This document shows, piece by piece, positions 21,501 to 34,300 of a stretch of 64,000 nt of DNA (the stretch's first letter is position 1; every line of letters begins with the position of its first letter). The notes under the pieces are model-generated. The model saw only the letters and a list, made by a program, of their open reading frames with translations. It searched no databases and had not been told where the DNA came from. The position numbers and the translations under genes were made by a program. The DNA lies in contig NW_003314282.1 of assembly GCF_000143415.4 (NCBI RefSeq), positions 1,631,374 through 1,695,373 on the forward strand, read 5' to 3'. The DNA comes from Selaginella moellendorffii. Lineage: Eukaryota > Plantae > Lycopodiophyta.

Positions 21501-22349
21501 CTATGCCACGGCTAAGGCCAGCCAAGGTAGTGCTAGCCATGGCCGAGACCTTGTGCCACCATGGCTGTGCTTGCTATGGGCCATTGGTGGTGTAACTTTG
21601 GCCCTAGCTGTATGACAGCCAAGGACAACATCATTGGCAATCAAGGTTGCCAATGGTTGTGGTAAGCTTGGCAAAACATTATCTTTTATGTTGAGAAAGG
21701 ACCAATTCGCACATTTATTTAGTGAAAAAAAACTTAAGCGACCCACTTTAAAAATTAAGAAAGTTGGGTTCGCACATTGAAAAAATTTGTGTTGCAAAGT
21801 AAACTTATAAGGACTTTTGCATTCACACATGTCTTAGATTTAAGTGAGGGAGGAGATATGTTGCATTGGAGGAAAGTAAGAGCCACTAGAGGAGTTGGGC
21901 ACTAGAGGAAAATAAGAGTTGCTAGGTGGAGAGTTGGGCATTATACACAATACCATCTACACTAACTAACCTAACCGAACTCAAATAGATATAATTTTCT
22001 GGTTTGCTTTGATATTGTCAATTTTTACATAAATAAAAAATTTATATGATGTACTCATTTTAATACATTTTTTTTATTCATATGTACTTCTTGTTTATCT
22101 CTCAAAGAGTTCAACTAATGTTTTTTTTATCAATTTTATTCTTCCTATAGCAAGCTTAAAGCAAATAGTGAAGAGTATAAGGAAGAAGTCCTACACTCTT
22201 GCAATAATAAAATCTTGCAAACTTTCCTTTAAGAACATTATTACTAGTAAAAAAGTTCACTTTTTTTGAGTAGTCTGATGTGTTTGTCTTTATAGCATGT
22301 CCATAAACAGAAAACAAGGAACTTTTTACTTGCTTCTCATAGTAGAGTA

Positions 22350-25005
22350 TCACAGTGATAGAAGAAGTTTGAGCTTATTCTCCATGCAATGGGCAACAAT
22401 ATAATCAAGTGGCTGTAGTGATTGATACAAAAGTTCTCCTGGATCTTGCTTGTTAGGCTGGTGTGGCTAAGACACTGATAAAGGTAAGTTCTGCAAAGAT
22501 TTAATAAGGTTTTGCTGGATTGTCCTTACTGGGCTTACAGTTAGATCATGGGTGATCAGGAGCTCACAGTTTTGCACAAGATTTGATCAAACATGTTTCT
22601 TGCTTGAGCTAGGATCCTTGATCTGCCATGGGTGGTGATCAATGCATTCACAAAAGGTGCCGGAATGAAATCCAACAGCTTAAGCACTTTCAAAGACACC
22701 CATTCTAGGCATTTGCAGTGATCATTGCATTCCAAGAGACCAAGGTCCTCTTGCTCAAAACTTCCTGCTATGCTCATGATCACATTTCCAAGATTGAGCT
22801 CCATGTTTCTAGAATTCTTCTGTGAATCGTCACTTCTTTCTCATACTGCACAGGACCCAAGAAATCGCCTCATGGAGGCTGCAACACTCAATACTTCTAG
22901 GACTGGCAGACAAGCCCTGTCCCATGGACAGCCACTGCTCCTTACGTGGGGAATGTGCACATTACAGAGGTTCGTTTCTGTTTTCCAGTCTGTCTTTTAA
23001 CTCCTCAAATGTCTTGATCATTATGAAGAAGAGTTCGAGCTAAAATCCTTTCAAAACGCAAAACCAGCAGAAAGCACAGAAATGCTGCCACTTTGGATTT
23101 ATCTCTACGTCCATCTGAGCTTGCAGGTCTGTATGGTGGCCCTTTGAATTAGCTTACTTATCATGACTTGCAGGAAACGATGCTGCATGCTCAGTGATTA
23201 CTTTCGAGACCGGAATCATTGAACAGTCGGTTATCAGATACGTTCAAGAAGTAAAGGACAAATGGGCATGGCTAGTCCTCTCGCCCCATCTTAAAGGCTG
23301 CCTTTTTATACTGGACACGTCTGACGATCCCTCGGAGCTTGAACGTTTTAAAGAGCGCTTCAAAGTCGGTGACCCGTTCCAGTGCCATATAAGAAGTGTT
23401 AACCACGAAAGGAAGCAAGTGGATTTGTCTCTACACCTGAAAACAAGTGACGAACAATTCAAGAAAGGCGACCTGTTAGGCCGACGAATGACACGAGTTT
23501 TTGCTGGTGTTGGCGGACATACTGTGCAAGGCAGATGGGAAAGTTATGGAAAAGTTCATGTAACGATACATGGATTGATGACCCAGCCAGTTTATTTACA
23601 AAGGGACAGTTCGTAAGGTCTTGGATTTAAAACGACCAGGGAGGGGAAAGATGGGCTTGGAACTTTCAGTAAGTTGGTGGACGTGGTGGTTTTGAGTCCC
23701 TTCCGAGCTATCAAACACTTGAAAGGTAACTTCCGAGATTTGCATTAAATTTTTTTGACTCTGCATTCAATGCTTGTATTGTCAATTCCATGTTGGAACT
23801 TAAGCAAGATATGAAGTGCAAGTAAGCAGAAACCTTGCATGCTCTGGTCGTGACTTGTTTTTGTGTTGCAGGGTTTTGTCAAGAATGTGACGAAGAAAGG
23901 TTGTTTTGTGGGCTAGAATTCAACTGAAGAACCTATCGAACTCGTTTGTACAAAACCCTGCAGAAATGTTTCCACCAGGCAAGGTGATATCGGGAAGGTA
24001 TGAACTTTTCTCCGTATGGAAGTGTTTGCTGATATCCTCTTCTTCGTCAGAATTTTAAGCATCAAGCCATTGTCTGGGCACATTGAAATGTCTTTGACGG
24101 CAACAACATCACAAGATTCAAGTGGCTGGAAGAACTTTGGTGCTGGAGAGATCGTTAGTGGCTGCATACACAACATTGAAGCATTTGGGATCTTCATCAG
24201 CCTTGCCGAGAGCGATGTGGCAAGCTCTCTCTCTATCTTGGTTTCAAGTTCTTGGTCTGTGCTCCAGGTTGCTTGTGTCATGTCTCTGAAGTATCTTACG
24301 ATTTTATTAAGACTTGTCAACACTTTACAAAGTCGGCCAATGGGTTCAAGTAAAGATTCTAAAGGTGAGAACGAAAGCTTTAGTAAAACCACATGATTTC
24401 CCTCTACAGGTTGATGCGGAAACCAAACGTATATCTCTTGGAATGAAAGCGTCATATCTGACCCCTGAGGATGGGATCGAGCCGATGGAGGAAGAAGCTA
24501 TAAATGAAGAGCCTTCGAACACAAATGTGCTCATGGATAATGATGAGAGGGAGGAGGAGGACTACTTGGATCTGGCATCAAAACGATTCCCACAGCTATG
24601 CATGTCGATCCACTCTCAACAAAGACGTTGAGGATATAGTGCCAATTGACTTGAAAGAGCAGAGTTACTTCTTGTTTATATTTACTCTTCTCATGTCCTG
24701 CTTCTCAACAGGGAGGCTGCAGCAAAAGAGAAGTTATTACAGAAGGACCAGCCTCCAGAGACCAAGGACGACTTTGAAAGGCTTGTAGCAGCGTCACAAA
24801 ATAGTAGCTACATGTGAATCAAATGCATGGCTTATTGGTTGTGTCTTGCGGACCTGGACAAGGTGCGAGCAGTGGCTGAAGGGTAACACTCTACTCGCAT
24901 TTGATTCTATTTTTCTTTAGGTGTTACAATCCAAGCTAGGGCATAATTTATCGAGAAGAAATGGAAAAGATGAACATATGGATGGCTTATCTCAACCTAG
25001 AGAAG
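22350..25005 (+). pseudogene. RRP5: RRP5 (rRNA biogenesis, S1 repeats plus HAT) fragment, spliced, with stops, truncated at the 3' end
   Basis: S1 domains YVQEVKDKWAWLVLSPHLKG, GFVKNVTKKGCFV, GEIVSGCIHNIEAFGIFI and VKILKVDAETKRISLGMK. HAT start DFERLVAASQNSSYM*IKCMAY...NYREE...NIWMAYLNLE. In-frame TGA and frameshifts. Confidence 0.85.
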
Positions 25006-25479
25006 CATTTGAAGAGCAAATGGCAATTACTTTAGGTGGTTATAATGATCATGGAAACTACTATAGTAAGCATGCTTGTGTTTGGGGATGGAGATCAAAG
25101 GTATGGTAGAAGACCTCAATGTTTTGAGTGCTAATGTTGGGGATATATTACAACAAAGTGTGGCAATTTGTTAAGTGCCAGCTTTGACCATATGGTCAAC
25201 ATCAGTCAAAGGGAGGTTCAAGGGTTTATGAAGGCATGTTAGGGTAAAGAACTAGTGTAGAGGAGCTTTTGAGGTAGTTTGGGGGTGGTTGGGTTCAAGA
25301 GGAGGTGTAGTCTAATCTAGGAAGATTAGATTGTTGATTTTTTGTACCGGGTCATAACATTAGTACCAACAGTGTTAGTTGTGATGGCTGACCAAGTTGA
25401 ATGTTGGAATCCTATTATCGATAGTGGTGCCGACGGAGCTACGGAGGTTTGGACCATGGAAGATGTTGTTCACAAATTG

Positions 25480-27040
25480 CGAGCCCTTAATAAAAATTAG
25501 CAAGAGATGCAAGACAAGATGTATGGCATGATGAGTACCTTGCGTGAGCATGTTGAGGCACTCGAGGCTGGTCATGGTGGCACTCCAAATAAACCTTCTT
25601 TGGTAGATTGACTCAAGATTCCAACCTTTTTCGGTGATGGTGGTGTGAATGAGTGTTTAGCTTGGCTAGCCAATGTGAAGAAGTTCTTGGTTGCTAGAGG
25701 AATTCCAGATGCAGAGGCTTTAATGGCTATTCTAATGGTTTTGTGTAATGCGGGTCTTCAGTGGTGGAATTGGCTTAAGAAGTCTTGTGCTGCGGATAAA
25801 AAACCATTAGTGTCTATGATGGATTAGTTTGAGGCTGCTTTCCATTTACATTTTGCCCTTCACTATGACATGGAGAATGCTCACACTGAACTTTGACATT
25901 TTCAGCAAGGGAAAATGAAGCTTGGGGACTATATTGAGAAGTTGACTCATTTGATTAGTCATGTTCCAACGAAGGATCCAAATCAAAACAAGTCCTACTT
26001 CATTGATGGCCTTCATAGTGAAATGTGCTGGCAGGGCCCTTGATCTTGNNNNNNNNNNNNNNNNNNNNNNNNNNNNNNNNNNNNNNNNNNNNNNNNNNNN
26101 NNNNNNNNNNNNNNNNNNNNNNNNNNNNNNNNNNNNNNNNNNNNNNNNNNNNNNNNNNNNNNNNNNNNNNNNNNNNNNNNNNNNNNNNNNNNNNNNNNNN
26201 NNNNNNNNNNNNNNNNNNNNNNNNNNNNNNNNNNNNNNNNNNNNNNNNNNNNNNNNNNNNNNNNNNNNNNNNNNNNNNNNNNNNNNNNNNNNNNNNNNNN
26301 NNNNNNNNNNNNNNNNNNNNNNNNNNNNNNNNNNNNNNNNNNNNNNNNNNNNNNNNNNNNNNNNNNNNNNNNNNNNNNNNNNNNNNNNNNNNNNNNNNNN
26401 NNNNNNNNNNNNNNNNNNNNNNNNNNNNNNNNNNNNNNNNNNNNNNNNNNNNNNNNNNNNNNNNNNNNNNNNNNNNNNNNNNNNNNNNNNNNNNNNNNNN
26501 NNNNNNNNNNNNNNNNNNNNNNNNNNNNNNNNNNNNNNNNNNNNNNNNNNNNNNNNNNNNNNNNNNNNNNNNNNNNNNNNNNNNNNNNNNNNNNNNNNNN
26601 NNNNNNNNNNNNNNNNNNNNNNNNNNNNNNNNNNNNNNNNNNNNNNNNNNNNNNNNNNNNNNNNNNNNNNNNNNNNNNNNNNNNNNNNNNNNNNNNNNNN
26701 NNNNNNNNNNNNNNNNNNNNNNNNNNNNNNNNNNNNNNNNNNNNNNNNNNNNNNNNNNNNNNNNNNNNNNNNNNNNNNNNNNNNNNNNNNNNNNNNNNNN
26801 NNNNNNNNNNNNNNNNNNNNNNNNNNNNNNNNNNNNNNNNNNNNNNNNNNNNNNNNNNNNNNNNNNNNNNNNNNTTTATGCTAGAGGGCATATTCTGTAG
26901 TGGTCTAATGTGGATTTTACTGGACAATGGGAGTGATGATAACTTTGTTTCCATAAAGTTTGTTAAGGAGCATGGCCTGGTGACACGAGAAGTTCTTCCA
27001 TACACAATGGAGTTTGAGGTGGAGTTCAAGATGGATTCCA
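25480..27040 (+). pseudogene. Degenerate gypsy gag plus aspartic protease, spanning an assembly gap
   Basis: WLANVKKFL...GLQWWNWL; FQQGKMKLGDYIEK; YFIDGL; protease ILLDNGSDDNFVS after the N-gap. Confidence 0.7.
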
Positions 27041-27300
27041 AGATGGAGTGTAGATGGAGTCTAGATGAAAACCTAGATTGGATCTCAAATAAAGCCTAAG
27101 ACCAGGTTAGAGACTAAGACCAAGATTAAGTCTGAGTTTGAGATCAAGTTTGAATACTAATACAAGTCGTGGGGTGAAAGCCCAAAGTGATTATCCCTCA
27201 GGGGGAGGGGGGGTGGTGTGGGGTTGTGGGGGGTTCCAAAAGTATAATAGGGAGAGTGTGAAAGTTGGACTCTTGTGGAACTAGTTTGGTTAGGAAAAGC
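27040..27300 (+). mobile_element. Family-B-like LTR fragment
   Basis: Short tandem array followed by TACTAATACAAGTCG..GGGGTGAAAGCCCAAAG...GGTTCCAAAAGTATAATAGGG, the reverse complement of about 1580-1700. Confidence 0.65.
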
Positions 27301-30300
27301 CAATAAGGCTACATTTATATGGTGGGTGATGATATAATCATTAAAGAGTCCAAGGCTAGAGTGAACATGGATGGACAAGTGGGGTAGATTGGTGAAGTGT
27401 TTAAGAGCCAACTCTAGCTCCCTTAGAAAATTATATTGTTGATGCTCCCAATCCAAGTGTGGGTGGCACAACTTACTTGGATACCTGGTGAAACCTTACT
27501 CTAGCCATATGGCTAGCACACCTAGGAGTACCATGAGGTTCGTATAAAGTTGTAGTGTTTTGAAATGTCATCCCAAATGTTGTGAATATGATTGTGGGTA
27601 TAGAAAGTTACTTATCGGCTACTCCTTTCAGATATTCTTTCCTTACTGCCACAACAATAAAAGGTCAATATTGCTAAACCCTTTATCAGTCCTTTTTGTT
27701 TAAGTATTAGTAAATTAGACTTTGCATCTATACTTGGCCGAATGAATATAAGGAAGGAATTCCTAAGTGTCTATTTAGCCAAGCATACTTGGCTAAACAG
27801 TTCGGCTTGTTAGTTCTCTTTAACTCTATTTTGCATTGGCTTGAAAAGAACCTTGTGTATTGAAACTAGTCCCTGATGATAACTTATCATGTTTGCTAAA
27901 CACCCTCGCTATCAGACCCTTTGTGTTAGTCTCATTTTGGTCCTAAATGCTATTTATGGAAACTGTCTAGATTTGCTTATTTGGCATATCTATAGAATGT
28001 AGAGATTGTCTTGAATAGAATAGTGTTCATTCTGTGTCCAAATTCGCAATCTAAGAATATTCCATATTTAGTAAGTTTTAAATTTGTCCCAAAGACTAAC
28101 TCTTGGTACTAAAGGCTCTTGGTATTAAGGGTGGCTAAGGTTGAAAGCTTAAAGTGTGTGTTCTTCAAGAGGGGTGGGGCTGTGGGGGGTTTTCTATGGT
28201 AAATCACCATAGGATGAAAGGTGAAAACCATGTGCATTACATTTGGTATCAGAGGATACATCTTAGTGAGTACTATCCAATGAGATTGGGCAACTAGTCT
28301 TGTTGCATATACAGAGATGAAAACGATGATCCGAGTGGGTACATATTTAAGTGCTAAAACTTCACATTTGTTCTTTGGGATGGATTACCTTTTGTACCAT
28401 ATTGTGTGAGCTTACGCTTGGGCTCATAGGATAAAATAAGATGTTCCATTTACACGAGTTTGCATTTAGGGTTGTGAGTGAGACACATTAACAACTTAAG
28501 GTTTTACTTTTGAGTTAGCATCATTAATGTTAGCCTATTGGTGGTTCCATGAGTTATTCTATGTATTATGGGTAAAAATAAACTTTTTCTAGGTTTGCTA
28601 TGAGTGGTAAATAGGTTGGTCCATATCTGTTTAGCATGGCACTAGTGAATCCTTCCTATGCATGATTATAAATGGATCAATCAAAATTGTAAAGATTAGT
28701 CTATTAGTTCAAGTAGTCATTGTCGCGCTCTCTTATAAACTTTTCTTGGATTAGACTGAAGGTAGTGTAAATGCAAGTTTGAGGTTTAGTCTAGTCAAAG
28801 TAGAGTCCAAAAAGAGAATTATCAGAGATGAAGGATCAAACATATAAATCATTTTTTCTTTTTGGAGAGATGATTTGCAACAAAGTGTTAACTTATTGCA
28901 TGTGTTCACATTATGTAATCAAGAGTCCTTATTTTGATACATGTTAGTTATAATGGTTTTATAAGTGGAGTCATAAGATGGATAACGATGAAGTGTGAAA
29001 CCATTTTGTCTAGGCTTGCTATTGAAGGCTTAGGTTACAATGCTCAATTATTTTCCAGAGAACCTTACTATTGCCCCTTGAGGAGCTTGGTGTTAGATTA
29101 GTTTTGAGTTTGGTCAGAAAGAGAATAACATGAGCTTGTCTGTGTTATGAACAAAAGTTAATGGTGTTAGATGTTATAAATCTCTATCAGTGGGGTGTGG
29201 CATTTATATTGCATTTTGTCGAATAGAGTTGGCATTTAATATTCATGTGAACTTTTGAAGTAATAATGTAGCTTGCTCGTGGTGTTGCTCAATTGATGAT
29301 CAAGTCATTGTGATACTTATATAATATCCATGTGAAGTTACTTGGTCAAATGATGATCAAGCCTAAAGTGGTTGATGATGAAGCTAGTCTACTTACATGT
29401 AGTAGCATTGTAGTAGCTTTGACTAAGTTTTCAATAGTGATCTATGATATACTAAGCTTACGTTGGTACTTTATTTCCTTGAGGGTTTGCCCATGTGGTG
29501 TTGGAAAGAGTTATAGCATTCACTTATTATGGCTTGTTTGTTTATTCATTAGCACTTAGTAAATTATTGGAAGGAGAAAGTATGTAGTTGAGGCATTGAT
29601 ATCGTTAGCACTTGTGTTAGTGAAAGTGGTATTATTATTTAGAGTAATAAGGAATTTTCCTTGAAACTTGATTTTCATGTTATTTTTCTTGTTAATGTTT
29701 AAGCTTCACATTGGATCTTGAAGGTGGTTGAAAAAGAGTATTAATGTAATATGAATATCCAAAAATATGGTCTTCATGATTAAAGCTTAGATATTCATTT
29801 TGTAGTTTGGCGGATGTCAGTGTTGAATATCGAAAATATGGGCATAATGTTCGAGGATGGGTTGAGGTGAACTTATGTGAAGTTGTTAGTAGGAGGAAGT
29901 TGGTTGAGTTTTGAAAGTTTGTATTTCTAGATTGAAAGTTATTATTTCTCTAGGATGGAAAGTTTTCACAAATTTTTTTAGGTAGTTGATCTATTAATCA
30001 CTTTGCTCAAAAACCATTCCTTTTTCGTAAGCTAGTATAAACTAGTGAAGGGATTGGAGTTAACTTTGGTTGGGTTAAACCTTAGTAAGTAGTTTGTATG
30101 ATGTGGCCAAAAGGGATGTTAACTTCTTTGAGTTAAAATAATTGAGTTGGATAAAGTCTGAAGTTGGTTTAGAAAAGTGGTTGTTGCGCTTTTCTAGAAA
30201 GGTGACCTTTGTGCCTTTCTTCTGTAGCATTATGTTTGCTGCCAAGTTGCACCTTGCATTTCGTTAGACTTAGTTGTTTGAAATTAAGATGTTAGTACCC

Positions 30301-31321
30301 ATACTATAGCTTTGTCTATAAGAAGGTTGTGTACTAATATGAGTCGATCTCATGATCTTCACTTTAGTTTCGATTAAATGTTGATCATGCATAGCTAGCC
30401 TCTTTAAAGCATGCTCAGAGCTATTGGTTAGACGTGTTAGTGAACGTATTGCGGTTTGATTGGATTTGAATTGTTATTTAATTTGTGCTTGTCTATATTT
30501 CTATATCTCATACCTAGGGTATTACGTTATATTGGATAAGTATATAACTCGATGACATGAGTTTAATGTTTGGGTCTTGTGAAACGCAAGTTGAAAAGTG
30601 ATTACTGGCAGCTTGGCGACTAGTGATTTCTTGTAGATTTTTGACACTTGCTTTGCTTAATGATGATTTAGCAATAATAAACTTACTTTATCAAATAGTA
30701 TTGCGGAGGATCATGTTGTTAGACTTATATGGTTATCCCATCTTGGCATATTAACTTTATCTCTGTTAATATCATTTGGTTGCATATAGTTTGTGATGTT
30801 AGATTATATTGAGTCTTGGATGTAATGGATCACTCTTTAATGATGTGTTATTTATAATTGAGTTTAGTTGAAGGATTGGTCTTGGATACTAGGTATAGTA
30901 TTTTTGACTTTGGTTAGTTTGGTTGCTAAAGAGTTTTAAGTGGTGATTTACTTTTGCTTTCATCAGCTCTGTTATGGTGTTGATGGCATTGAAGTGATGC
31001 CATGTCGTTGAAATTCAAGTGAGATGAAATGTCTCTTCGTATGATTGATATTGAGTTTCAGATAGTGTTGATGATTTGGTTATAGCTTTGTGTTATTAAT
31101 ATTCATACATTTGCTAATTAGTAACTATGTTGACATTCAAATGAGCTAAGTGGCAAGTTGAGTGTTATGTTCTAGATGAAATTGCTTAGTAGGGGTTGAG
31201 TTTTAGCTTTTCCTTCAAAAGTGATTTAGTCGTGGACTATGCTAGTTTTACGAGAAGAAGGATTAATGATTGATATTAGAATGTTTGAGTCTTTATTGGA
31301 TTTGAGTTGGGGATATATTAA

Positions 31322-34300
31322 TGTCGCGCATGTGACTTCGGGTATCGAAAGTTACCTGTCGACTAGTCCTTACGGACACTCTTACCTTACTGCCACGATG
31401 GCAGGAGGTCGGTATTGCTGGACCCGTTATCAGTTTCCCACTTGAGCTAGTTGAGAAACTGGTCAATGACCGTGTACTTAGATCGGATAAACATAAGGTA
31501 GGAACCCTATGTGTTTCTTGCTGAGCATACTCGGCCTGGTTTGAGAAACTCCTGTCATTGGCTTGCACTTGCTAGTATCAAGAACCCCCGCGATATTGAG
31601 ATTGGTCCCTCAATATCGCTAGATGATAGCTTACCGTGTCTGCCAAACACCCTCGCTATCATGCCCTTTGTGTTAGTCTCATTTCGGTCCCAAATGCTAT
31701 TTATGGAAAGTGTCTAGATTTGCTCATTTGGCATATCTACGGAATGTAGAGATCGGCCTGAACACAATGGTGTTCGTCCCGTGTCCAAATTCGCAATCTA
31801 AGGACATTCCATATTTAGTAAGTTTCGAGCTTGTCCCAGAAACTAACTCCTGATACTAAGGGAGGCTTGGGGTGAAAGCCCAAAGCGTGTGTTCCTCAAG
31901 GGGGGGGGGCTATGGGGGGTTCCAAATGTATAGTAGGGATAGTGGGTAGGTCGGGCATGGCCGACCAACCTGAGGCATAGTCTAGCTCCCGCTTGCGTGC
32001 CTGTCCTTGTTCTGCGTCCGGCTTGGGTCTAAGCCCAAGTTCCATTCCATGCTAGTTGGTGGAGTACCCATATCCTCGCGTTAGGCCACCGGTATGCCGA
32101 AATAGCGCCAGACTCTGTTTGGCTCCGTTTTGCGTGCTGGTCCTGGCATTGGGATGCTGGTTGCTCTAGGACTGTTCCAAGTCGCTCCGGGCTCCTGTCC
32201 CTTCGCTCCTTGGGCTATATGCTCGGGAGTTGCTCCGTGGTCCGGTTTCATCACTCCTTGGCGTCACGCTTGGGAGTTTGGCACCGTTCCTTCGTTCAGT
32301 GGCCCAAGGCCCTGAACCTCGGGTTCCTATGGACACGTGGCATGGACACGTGGTATGTGACATGTGGCATCTGTCACGTGGCACAAAGAGGGTTTAGGTT
32401 CCGCTTCGTGGTGTTATCCTATGGTAAATCACCATAGGATAAAGGGTCAAAACCAGGTGCGCTACATTTGGTATCAGAGGATGAGTCTCAGCGAGTACTA
32501 TTCAATGAGATTGGGCAACTAGTCTCGTTGCATACGCAGAGATGAAAACGATGATCCGAGTGGGTACACGTTTTGGTGCAAAGACTTCGCATTGGTTCCT
32601 TGGGATAGGTTTTGGGTTACCTTGTTGTACCTTATGATGTGAGCTTGCGCTTGGGCTCATAGGATGGATTGGAGATGTTCCATTTGCACGAGTTTGAGCT
32701 TGGGCTCGTGAGTGAGGCGCATTAGCAACTTGAGGTTACACTTTAAGTTGGCAGGATTAATGTAAGCCTATCGATGGTTCCAGTGGTTCCATGAGTTGTT
32801 CCATGTACCATGGGTGAAAGTAAACTTTCCCTGAGTTTGCTATGAGTGGCAAATAGGCTGGTCCGTAGCTGTTTAGCACGGCACTAGTGGATCCTTCCTA
32901 GGCATGATTATAATTGGATCAGTCAAGACTGTAGGGAATAGTCTATTGGTTCAAGTAATCATTGCCGTGCTCTCTCATAAACTTTTCTTCGATTGAACTG
33001 AAGGCAGTGCGAAAGCAAGCTTGAGGTTTGGTCAAAGATGAGACCGAAAAGAGAGTCATCGAGGACGGAGGATCAAATACGTAAATCATTTTCTCTTCTT
33101 GGAGAGATGATTTGCAACGAGGTGTTAACTCATTGCTTGTGTTCACATTATGCAAGCAAGAGTCCCTACCTTGATGCATGTTGGAAGTGATGGTCTTACA
33201 AGTGGTGAGTTATGGGATGGATAGTGGTGAAACACTAAACCATTTTGTCTAGGCTCGCTATTGAAAGACTTGGGTTGCAATGCTCAATTCTTTTCCGGGG
33301 AACCTTGCTATTGCTCCTTGAGTAGCTTGGTGTTGGATTAGTGTTGAGTTTGGTCGGAAAGAGAGTGGCATGAGCTTGTCCGTGTTGTGAACAAAAGTTA
33401 GTGGTGTTGGGTGTCGTAAACCTCTATTGGTGGAGTGTGGCATTTATGTTGCATTTGGTCGAATCGAGTTGACACTTGATACTCACATAAACATTTGTAG
33501 TAATGACATTGGCATTGCTCGTGGTGTTGCTCAATTGATGATCAAGTCATTGTGATGCTTATATCATATCCATGTGATAAAGAGTAATGCGTTTACGAAG
33601 TTGCTTGGGTAAATGATGATCAACCCCAAAGTGGTTGATGGACAAGCTAGTCTACTTACACGAAGTAGCATTGTAGTAGCTTTGATTGGATTCTCTATAG
33701 TGGTCCATTATGCTAAGCTTAAGTAGGTACCTTGTTTCCTTAAGTTTGCCCACTAAGGTGTTGGAAAAGGGTTGTAGCATTCATTTGCTATAGCTTGTCG
33801 GTTGATCCGTTAGCACTTGGAGTAGATTGTTGGATGGAGAAGATGTGGAGTTGGGGCATTGACGTCACTAGCACTTGTGTTAGTGGAAGTGGCATTGTTA
33901 TTTCAAGTGATGAGGAATTTTCCTTGGACCTTGATTTTTCCATGTCATTTTTCTTGTTAGTGTTTTGGCTTCACATTGGATCTTGAAGATGATTGAAGAA
34001 GAGTGTTAGTGCAATGTGGATATCCGAAGATGTGGTCTTCGTGATCAAGCCTTGGATGTTCATTTTGCACTTTGCGGATGTCGGAGTTGGATGTCAGGAA
34101 AATGGGCAAAGATGTTCGATGCTTAAGCATGCTATTGGGTCATGAGAATTTGTGTTGAGGTGAATCTATGTGAAGTTGTTGGTAGGAGGAAGTTGGTTGA
34201 GTCCTGAAAGTTTGCATTCCTGGATTGAGAGTCATTCTTTCTCTAGGATGGAAAATTTTCCACAAATTTTCTTAGACTTTTCCAATGGCTGATCTATTGA

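Noticed and set aside
19260-21960. Terminal inverted repeats and a Myb/SANT partner gene for the Harbinger element
   Set aside because: No convincing TIR/TSD pair or second ORF could be identified by eye.
25961-27041. Long ORFs full of X residues
   Set aside because: Artefacts of the N-gap. The same applies to 41821-42869.
31239-31717. Short ORFs recurring in several places (VTSGIESYLSTSPYGHS..., ...SQMLFMESV)
   Set aside because: They recur only because the LTR is repeated, and the frames are not preserved across copies.
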